61,418 nucleotides of DNA from Phoronis australis (taxonomy: Eukaryota > Animalia > Phoronida), in the NCBI GenBank assembly GCA_002633005.1, contig NMRA01001061.1:1-61418 (forward strand). The letters are read 5' to 3'. Each line of letters starts with the position of its first letter. Position 1 is the first letter of the stretch. Shown in pieces: positions 52,376-61,418 of the stretch. The notes below the pieces were generated by a model. The model was not told the DNA's origin. It saw nothing but the letters and a program-made list of their open reading frames with translations, and searched no databases. The position numbers and the translations under genes are program-made.

Positions 52376-53235
52376 TTATTTCAATTTCTGGAACGGCTCC
52401 GCTACGTAAACGTCATACGCGTTTCCTGGTTTCTGTTCTTCAGTCTTTTCTTTATTTTTTCTTCCCTTCTTCTTCGTCTTCGTCTTCTTTTGATCCAATT
52501 CGTCGTCGAAGACGACCTTTGACCTCCGTTTTACGGGTGTTTTCCCGATAAACCCCGTTGAGGTTGATGGTGCAGAGCTACGTCTTAAGCGAGCATTAGC
52601 TGTAACAATACCTTGTTTGTCTTTGGAATAACTAGTCTCTGAGAGATCTATATCGTAACTTAGCAGTTTGTTATTTTTCGCGGCTTCCACACCTTTCTGC
52701 GTTTTGAACGACTTTTCGATGTCGACATCATGGATACGTCCGACGAATTTATATGTGGGGCCGTCGTCAATTAGTTTGCGCTTCGTTATCAGCCGACCTG
52801 ATCTCTCCTCATTCCCTTCCTTTACACGAGGCAGAGTATGACGTCGCTTCTTCCTAGTCGGTGTACGTGCAACGTCGTCATCACTGCGGGAGAAAGACGT
52901 TGTAGTGGATGCTTCGGTGGTGGAACTACTCGAGGAAACGCTGGGTCTTTTCTTTGCTTTTCGTGGTAAGGCGGTACTTGATATTCCGCTGGAGGATTCA
53001 GACGGTCGCCTGTTTATACTCCGCATGCGCAGACTCACTTGTTTACGCATTTTAGTCGGAGCTGTTTTTATTTCTTTTACGTCAATGCGCTGATTGTTTT
53101 GATGGTCTTCTCTACGTTTGTGAGACTGTACTCTTCGAAAATACAAACAAGTCGTGAACCCAATCAGTGCGGCTACACCCGCTAGTCCTCCTAGAACGCC
53201 ATGCCACCATATGAAACTTACATGTATAGGAGACC
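52376..53235 (-). CDS. Terminal exon: single TM helix plus long Ser/Thr- and Lys/Arg-rich cytoplasmic tail
   Basis: Acceptor TTTTTATAG, phase 1. TM FIWWHGVLGGLAGVAALIGFTTCLYF followed by RR. Lies within the 321-aa ORF. The three exons total 1161 nt = 386 aa plus stop. Confidence 0.75.
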
Positions 53236-53569
53236 CTATAAAAATGACCACTATGATTAATATTAGAGAGACGTGATTAGGAATAAAATTAACTTCAATG
53301 CAATTCAATGAATTGTTGAAGTTCTCAAAATTTAGCCTCATTTCAGAGGTCAGAGGTCAAATTAAATCGCATTGCGGTAGAATCTAGATGGAGTGCGAAA
53401 CAATTAACCACAGAAACAGCAGTCCAGATCATCAAAACAGTTCAACCGTTTTGGTACCATGAGCGCCGGAGCACTGAATAAAGTGAGGGTTATAGCCCCT
53501 CCGCCCCCTGGTGCGCCGCCCAATAAATTTAGCCCAACTGCAGACCTCGGGGCGCCCCCCAAAGCTTAC

Positions 53570-53806
53570 CAAGTTTACACTGTGGAGGAGCTGTTAGTTT
53601 TCCGTCCACGCATGTGACCGACACGGAGCTTTGGCCGACTGTAGGTCCAGACTCTGTCCACAAGTATCCCTTGTGGCACTGGAATATGACCACAGACCCT
53701 TGGGATACATCAACCGGCTGGTCGACAGGAATGGCGTTTGTTTCACCTCCGCTTGTAAACGTGGCATTGTAGTGATCCTGTGGTGTAATGCTGACGGAAC
53801 AATGCC
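53570..53806 (-). CDS. Exon encoding one Sushi/CCP (SCR) domain
   Basis: Acceptor TATTTCAG, donor G|GTAAGC, 237 bp, phase 1-1. Translates to HCSVSITPQDHYNATFTSGGETNAIPVDQPVDVSQGSVVIFQCHKGYLWTESGPTVGQSSVSVTCVDGKLTAPPQCKL (four Cys; G.vvif.C.kGY and C.dG...pP.C pattern). This frame is absent from the ORF track. Confidence 0.75.
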
Positions 53807-53877
53807 CTGAAATAGTTGACAGTATAGTGATCCTGTGGTGTAATGCTGACGGAACAATGCCCTGAAATAGTCGACAG
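53770..53877. repeat. 53-bp tandem duplication (period 55) spanning the Sushi-exon splice acceptor
   Basis: 53770-53822 and 53825-53877 differ at one base. No N nearby. Confidence 0.9.
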
Positions 53878-54940
53878 GGTGGTGATGCCGTGGTGCAATA
53901 TGAAAAACAGACTAAACTGCATTATTCAGAGTGGTTCTTTGCCATTAAAACAGAGTCTCAACTGTTCACCGAGTGTTTTTATGGTTTGTTCCCAAAGATT
54001 TTTGAGTTTCTGTTCTTTTCAAGACATTTTACTTTAGTTTCAAATTTCGAAAAACGATCCAGTGTCAACTACCACACGACAATATTGCAAGAATTTTTAG
54101 TAAATATCGCCAGATTCACTATTTTTGAAACGCAGACGAAATATAAACTGTCATTAGAATACGGTTTTCGGGTCGACTGGTTGCTGCTTGAAATCCACTT
54201 TACTGACATCAAAGATCAAACGTCACACAATTTAAAGCACGTCTCCTTATTTTGAAAATGTGACCTTTAACCTTTGATGTAAAGTAGATTTCAAAGCAGC
54301 AACCAGTCTGTACGTATAGTACGTATTGCATGTTCAAAGTGAATAACTCTCATGTTAACATCCGAAGAGGTGGGTACTTCTCATGATTTTTCGCGTTCTG
54401 GGCCTAGTAATTTGCCGTAGCATGAAGTCGAAATGATCATTATTAACTGCTTGGCTGGTGATTCTTGGGAGCGCGAGTGGCGCTAGTCTTGGCACAAAGC
54501 TGCAATGACGACAGTCTTCATGTAGCCAGCTGGCTGACTAGAGTGGTGGGAGTGATGTTGATTGGGGTCATGGAAGAGGCGGTGGCGGTGGCGGCAGCAA
54601 CACACTTCGAATGAGCGACGACGACAGTGATGACAAAACACCGGCCGGTGAGTGACGACGATGGTGACTGTGACCTGGCTTCCGGCTATCTTGGAATTTG
54701 CGAGATCAAGACAGCCAGCTAGCTGCAGGACGACCAGCTTAAAAATACGCTGTAACCACATTCGCTACATTATACAGTTTTGTACCAATGTGATAATGGC
54801 AAGACAGTGGGTACGATGATCACTACTCTTTCACGGGTACAAGTAGCTTTTTCTTTCAATTCCAAAAATCAACGTTTGCTGGTTGAGAACGGAAGAATCA
54901 GCGGCTGCTGGGCAATCGATACTTTAATTTTAGTACTTAC

Positions 54941-55004
54941 CGTTCGTAGCGGCATCTATTGTGTAAATATTTAAAGCCAACAGAAAATCAACACACTTAA
55001 GCAT
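54941..55004 (-). CDS. Putative exon 1 (signal peptide) of a Sushi-domain type I membrane protein
   Basis: ATG at 55004 gives MLKCVDFLLALNIYTIDAATN, then a phase-1 donor G|GTAAGT. There is an in-frame stop upstream and the phase matches the next exon. Confidence 0.55.
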
Positions 55005-57829
55005 GACATTGTTTCTTCTGTTTATGTCCTTGCGCACGCCACGCGTGAGTCTTCTTGGATTACATTTCTCTTGCGCACGTTACGTTCCATACCACGAAAT
55101 TCTTATGTGTATGAACGCTCTCCACACGCAAGAACACGGAAGAATGTTAGTGACAAAATCCCGCCAAGTACTCCACGGGCTTCTCTGCAGTCACAGGCGT
55201 CAGCAAAGAACATGCAAAAGTCAATTTTAGGCTTAGGATAACCTGAAATTACCGACTATATATAAGACACATACACAACGAAGTGGAAGAGGGAAGAATA
55301 AACGGGATTAATCATTAGAATTGTCTAAATCACCCAGCGAAAATGGAGGAGAGTGAGGTCTCATTTTGCTAGTAGGCTCACTCTTAGTGCGGAGAAAGTT
55401 ACTCTTACAAAGTTTTGTGCTTCCATAAACTGATTTGAAATTTAGAAGAGAAGGATACAGCTTAGAGCACCGTGTAATACAGAAACAGCACGCCGAAAAT
55501 ATTTGTTTGGAAGCTTTTGAAGTGAAACCTGGCGCCAAGAGATCGGTCAAGAACAACTGTCGCCCCAATGCATTTAGTAAACGAGAGCTTGTTTGATTTT
55601 CTTCACTAGATAGATCAAGTTTATTAATGTCTCCTTTCAAACGTAGGCCTACATACGCATGATCAAAAGTTGAATCTTTGTCTTTCCAAACAAGTTAGGA
55701 ACCACTATAAAATCATAAAAATGAGAACCATTACTATTTGCATAACTTTACTTTTGTAGACAACAGTGTTATCCTTTTTTTTCTTAAATTAAAAGGCAAG
55801 TCGTAGCAATCAGTCGCAAATCTCTCAAATTATCGAGAAGACATCGGGGAGAAACACTTCATCATTTAAAGACGCAAGATTGACAATTACTCGATAGCAA
55901 ATATGAACTAAGGTCAACGTGAACTGAACGTCCTATTAAAACATGGACGACGTCTTCAACTACCGCACACTGGCACTGGTTACAGATTCTTCATAACTTC
56001 GGCCATAATATCTTCATAGCACTAACCCGATGGGGGCAGTACCTGACCTGAAAGCAACCAGAACTATTCGTTCCCTGCGACTTACGCAGTGGCAGATTTG
56101 GATATCATAAGGGGGGCCTACATTTTGTCTCGGGCACTTGTGCAAAGCACAACTACATGCGGGAACCCAGCCTGAAAGATAGGGGGCTACATTATTGGAG
56201 CTTCTACTAAAAAACCACGCGAAAAGCTGGATGTTCATCTCAGTCTGACACTTGCAATGGGGTCTGATCCCTCCCCGACCCGCATATTAATTGCTGGGGT
56301 TAGTTAATGTACTCAATATTTCATCAAGCTCTTGCTGTTTTATTTTTTGCGGTAGCGAAGGGGGGTCCTGGCCCCCTGCCCCGCCCCCTGAAATCCCCCA
56401 AATGTTACGTTACATCATATATATGGTTCATGGGCTATTAATTTGTTATTGTCATGTTTTTGCCGGAGCTTTGTGGCGCTGTAAATTGTAAATCAGTCAA
56501 CGGTCACGCAGTATATGACTTGTATGTGTGCGCGGTCATAGTCGGGTTGCAGGCGTAACGACGCGCGTAAACAGTTGGACGCATACATAACTACATTTAT
56601 AAGGATCTCATGACGTACACGTCCGTTGTTTTGAAGGAAACGTGTTGCAAGGGAGTGACAAAATGTAGTTTTGCAAGAATTAAAGAACTTGTTCTACACC
56701 TGGAAAATCTCTATTGTGTATATGCACGCTTGTTGCGTAGCTACTGACTGGGTTATTTCAAGGAAAGTTGTCTTCAACTATCTGACAAATTACTAAGTCT
56801 CGTTTTGGCAATTTAAAGACATGATACAAACAACCGCTGAATAGTCGAAATTCTACAGTTTTGGAATTACCTTCTGAATGAGTTCTTTAAAACCATTGGA
56901 GTCCTGCAAGATCCAAGGGTTGCAATAGTCACTTCCTGAGTTTTTTAGAAATATCAGAAAATCTTGTTAGTTTGAAGGTCAAGCTACATGTAAGTTGGCT
57001 CAGTGAAAGAGACAGAGCTGCAGCGAAACGAAGGCGGACACGAAAATGGCAGCCTATTGACGAAGTGATAGTTTTTAGTAAAGTAGGTTCTTCCTGTTTT
57101 GTAAGATCGAACACAATTTCAGTATTCGAACAACTGTTTATAGTGACATATCTAGCAAGTTATTTTTTGTTTTTGGTGGCTTCATCAGGTGATCTATTGG
57201 CAACGTAATATTCATCCTCATTGGTGAACTGTGGCATTTTTAGGCTTGTAGGCCTACATGTAGGCGAAGCAGAATTACTCGGACTGCGCTCGTCAAAATA
57301 TTCCAAGGACTCGTATCAAATATTCTACAATAATCGAGTTAAATCAACGTTCCCAAACGTGGGATCTGTGTTGAGTCTCATGGTCACTGGTACTTGCTCT
57401 AGAGAAAGGTTACTGTATTTTCAAAACTTAAGCGAAGAAAAAGTTGACCGAGATCAATAATGTCGCAAGAAAAATTATGTGAATTAGCCATTATTTGCAC
57501 AGAACGCGAAAAGTTAAAAAGGTTTTGATTACAAACATAATTGTAGAGTTTCCCGCTCTAAAATCAAGAAAATAGAATTTCTTAAAATCACGAGTAGCAA
57601 ATAGTCTGCCACTACCGTTTTTAGCTCATAAGCCAATATTGTGTTCCGTTGGATATTCTAAATTATTGGGGACAAATAAAACAAAAAGAATATTATATAT
57701 TTTTTAAGTTGTATTGGGAATTTCAGATTCACAGCTCTACAAATAAATATTTGACAGAAGGAACCAGATGGGTTCCTTAATTACAAGAGATAACACACAC
57801 ATTTCCGATACCCAAAATGTAATTGAGTA

Positions 57830-58020
57830 TCGGATACTAAGTGGCACAGGTTAGCATAGTACCAAATGGGTACATAATACCAAATGGGTATTTGTCGATT
57901 GCCTACCAACTGGGTTGAGCAAAACGGCAAATTCAATAACAAGTACCAAGTGGGTACAAACTGCCAAATGGGCAAATATCATATAAAGTACCAAGTGGGC
58001 ACACCAAACCGCCAACTGGG
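57830..58020. repeat. Cluster of CCAA(A/G/C)TGGG motifs with variable spacing
   Basis: About 7 copies, e.g. TACCAAATGGGTA x2, TACCAACTGGGT, TACCAAGTGGG x2, GCCAAATGGGC, GCCAACTGGGC. Confidence 0.65.
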
Positions 58021-58676
58021 CTATAACAACCTGCAAAGCAGGTTCCGGACAAGCTGAGTGAGTAGACTAGCCAGAGTGATAAAAAGAGATATTGTAAGGA
58101 ACGTGGTGTTGTGGCTCAATATGTGCCACATGGGCAGGGTTGGTCATGGATGAACAATCCTGTATTGGGACCTTTGGCGGTAGGAGCACATTGGTTATTT
58201 CATTTTTCACATGGTTTAGTTTAATTCGTTTGATATTCAAGTTACAAGAACTGAACTACATAATTTACTTCACGTTAGTCGATTCCCCCCCCCCTCCAGA
58301 CTTCTGACAGCTGANTACAGCACTGGTGCACCTATGGGACTGGTCGTATTGACCTGAAAACTGAGTGAAGTGAAGTAATGCCTGACCAATCATTTGAGAT
58401 GAATGTAAAGCTGAAACCGAAGCGTTTTGCTGACGTTCATCCAACCATGTATCAGTATGTTAAAAGTTAATGAACCAGTCAAAAAATTTGCGATTCTCTT
58501 CCACTATATGAAATCAAATTAAAAAAGCTATTTGATGACACCAAAATCTGCTTTTAAGCTTCTCTTTCATGATACCATCGGACTCAACAGTTGGTCGAGA
58601 GATAAAATTCAAATGAGTTGAAGCTGTCAGTTTGGAAGTAACCCGAAGATTTGTGATTTCCATTTTGGATATAGCC

Positions 58677-58756
58677 CTGTGATTTACATTTTAGAAGTAC
58701 CCCCAGCGCGCTGTGATTTACATTTTAGGAGAACCGCCGAGAGCTATGATTTACAT
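58677..58756. repeat. Short minisatellite, about 2.4 units of 33-34 bp
   Basis: CT(G/A)TGATTTACAT at 58677, 58711 and 58744. Confidence 0.7.
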
Positions 58757-59975
58757 CACTAAGTGAACTTGTTCGTCCTGTCATTCGGTTCGCCGACAAT
58801 TAACAAACTATTTACTCCTTGTAAGAACAGGGTCACTTCTCGTTTGACTGAGAAACAAAAGCGGTGATTAATTTTGCAACAGTTAAGTGGTAATACATAG
58901 AACATTAATCTGTTCGACCATGCTCATATTTGATTGTCGCATTTTAAAAATGCAACTTTGCGAGTTGGTAATCTTAGTGATCTTTCATTACGTTGATTTG
59001 AAGGTCTTTAACTTTGTATTACCTAAAAACGTTTTGCTTCTGTAAATGCCTTAGAGATATTCAATAATTTGGGTTAATAGAGTAGTTGATGAAATAGCGA
59101 ACAGGGGCGGATGCACGATTTTTAAAAGGGGGTCGAATCAAGGATTTTTTAAAAAGGGTATCCATATCTACAATTTGAAAATTATGAATTTGATATCAAT
59201 AAAGTCAAGGGAAAAAAGAAGGTCCGGAACCCTTTCTGAATAAACCGATGGCGAAGTTTCACTTTTACTCAACCGTAGGATTACCAGTTGCTCGTTCTTT
59301 TCGATTCATCTAGCATTCGTAAACCATGCTTTACAAAGACAAAGAAACAGCCTTGCTGCATCATATAGATCTAAGCTGCAATTTTGGTCTAACGGATGAA
59401 CACCACATTCAAATTATGATTAATATATACTTGTCAAATGTACCACTGTTGGCGGTAATGCATCGCTTTTTGAGGGTTTGTACTTTCGTCCAGCCACGTC
59501 ATAAAAATGTTACGTACGGCGAAATTGACTTATTATATTTCGCTAAGATAATACTCCACTGCGAGTTTTTGTTTGGTCACAGCAAAAACTGAGCAAGTTT
59601 CAGTAAGTTTACGCATCAATATGTTTCGCACGAGATGATAAGTCATGCGTTAATTAATTTAAAGAAGCATGGAACGTGGAAGCTCTCCAGAAATGCATTT
59701 TAAACAATTCCTTACGAAACTACGATCTTGCCACGTCTAACACAGAGTAATTCACTTACCCTTGTGAGGACATTTCCAGAAAAAGTCGCAAAATTCACGA
59801 TTTCTTTAAATACGCGCAAAGCAAAAACTTTGTTGTTACTACGGAGTTTCTAGTCTCAACCCTACTTATATGTATGATAAATGCGCTCACAGACAATTGC
59901 TTGGTGTCGCTTGAGGTCAAAGGCCACATTTTTTATGTGAGGGAAATGTGGTACGTTTATCTCTTTTCACTCATA

Positions 59976-60088
59976 CCAAATAAGGAGACATGCTTTGCCT
60001 TGTAGGAAAAAATCGACGAAGTGGCGAGCAGCTGACAGATCATTTTTTTGAAATTTGAAACTAAAAGAAAATGCTTTGATATCAACAG
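59976..60088 (+). repeat. Dispersed repeat fragment, matches 4774-4864
   Basis: Same two blocks with a longer spacer between them. Confidence 0.7.
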
Positions 60089-61418
60089 AAATTAAAAATC
60101 TTTAACAACAAACCCTAAAAATACCTAATGAGCAGGTTGAATTCTGTTTCAGTGACAGAACCACTTTCAAGATCGCGATTAATCTGTTTATCGCGTTCTA
60201 AGCCTCTTTAATGTAATACATAATTGATGCCACAGAGGGCAATTTAAAACAACACATCATTTGATTAACAATAAAGATGTATTAAACAACAAAAACGACA
60301 CCGTAACACAACATTTCCTCATGCGCAAAATCATCCGCGTCTATCTTTTTCCAAATGTTTCTTCGAGATTCGGACATCACCATTATATTAATCGGACGAA
60401 AAGTTCGAGACAATTTGAATTATAAGTTTACCTCGCGAAGGATTTGTTACACTTTAAGGAGTCGGCACGTGACCGATTAAACAAAAAGGCGAGAATTTTC
60501 AATACGGGAATCAATACGTAGAGGTAGATTTAATCATTTCTGCAGAAAGAATATGGAATCATGAAAAGCAAGCTAAACAGCTGGCCTTTAAGTGATTCAT
60601 TTTGCGCATAGGGAAATAAAGAAAATGTTCAACAAGCGCCAACGATGCAATCAATAAAATAACACAAATCGACAACATATCAACAATCAATTATCGGTGT
60701 TGGAATCTGTCAGTAAATTGTAAAATTGAAAGACAGTACAAACAAGAGGTCTTACAAACTTCTCCTGGGTATCCAGATGAAACCAACTCAAAACAATTGA
60801 TCAACAAATCGACGGTCTTATCAAAATGTTAACAATTAACAGTGGAACACGAAAACAAAACTGTACAGTCGATACTGATGACTGACCCTCCTTCAAGGAT
60901 TGAAGATTTATTATATGACCCCCTGTACCTAGATTAACATGTTATCTTGAAAATGGAAAATGAGACCGTTGTTGGCAGATGTATGCATGTACATATAGGT
61001 ATTAGTTTATATGTATACTATTGACGTGGACTGCTCAACATATCCATTTTGCATCTATTCTGATTGAATGACAAGACGGGTCCAGGAATTTTCAATCGAA
61101 CAATGCAGCCTGCCATAGTATATACCAAGATTTCTGGGCTACGTTCCACAGATGCATTCCAATACGTGTACAATGACAGTGAAAAGGTCACGAAGCATAA
61201 CAGAAAAGTCTGTAACTTATGAACTCAGTCGATTACTTCAACACACCAACATCATCGACGTAGCACTTCAGTTGTCGTCATTTTACCAGTTTACACTAGC
61301 TTGCTCGTTAAACACTGGCGTGAAAAAACTTAGGCTCTATGTCACCCCGGCCAACCCGCGATCGAGAACGACCGGAAGGCGATCGAGAACGAAATTTGGC
61401 GCGAGAAGCGAAGCCAGA

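Noticed and set aside
53236-53341. Hydrophobic N-terminus of the 321-aa minus ORF as a second TM or signal anchor
   Set aside because: It lies upstream of a good phase-1 acceptor at 53235 and is best read as intron.
54483-54761. His/Arg/Cys-rich 92-aa minus ORF inside the first intron of the Sushi gene
   Set aside because: Derived from low-complexity GAC/GGC/GGT triplet runs, with no convincing splice signals or domain.
58677-58756. Repeat-spacer pattern resembling CRISPR
   Set aside because: Only about 2.4 units, the spacers resemble each other, the context is eukaryotic and there are no cas genes. It is a minisatellite.

Overview
AT-rich genomic DNA from an animal (most likely an invertebrate), from a draft assembly with several single-N contig joins. 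The window is dominated by a head-to-tail (+ strand) array of very large leucine-rich-repeat GPCR genes related to Lymnaea GRL101 (LDLa-containing LGRs). Each carries an expanded ectodomain: signal peptide, several CUB/CUB-like modules, an unassigned Cys-containing spacer, 2 C-type lectin-like domains, about 7 LDLa modules, LRRs, hinge and a rhodopsin-type 7TM. Each gene has only two coding exons, split by one phase-2 intron at the same codon. Copy A (7824-18911) is split inside TM1 by a recent 4343-bp TA-flanked TIR element. Copies B (26033-33976, 1908 aa spliced) and C (42255-48040, 1803 aa spliced) are intact, and a fourth, decayed copy lies at about 38470-39965. On the minus strand, a 3-exon gene only partly visible in the ORF track encodes a signal peptide-Sushi/CCP-TM-basic tail protein (55004-52376). 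The rest is transposon relics (THAP, CR1/L2-like LINE, MITEs), duplicated flanks and assembly overlap duplicates. All domain calls are by eye from motifs; no database searches were run.
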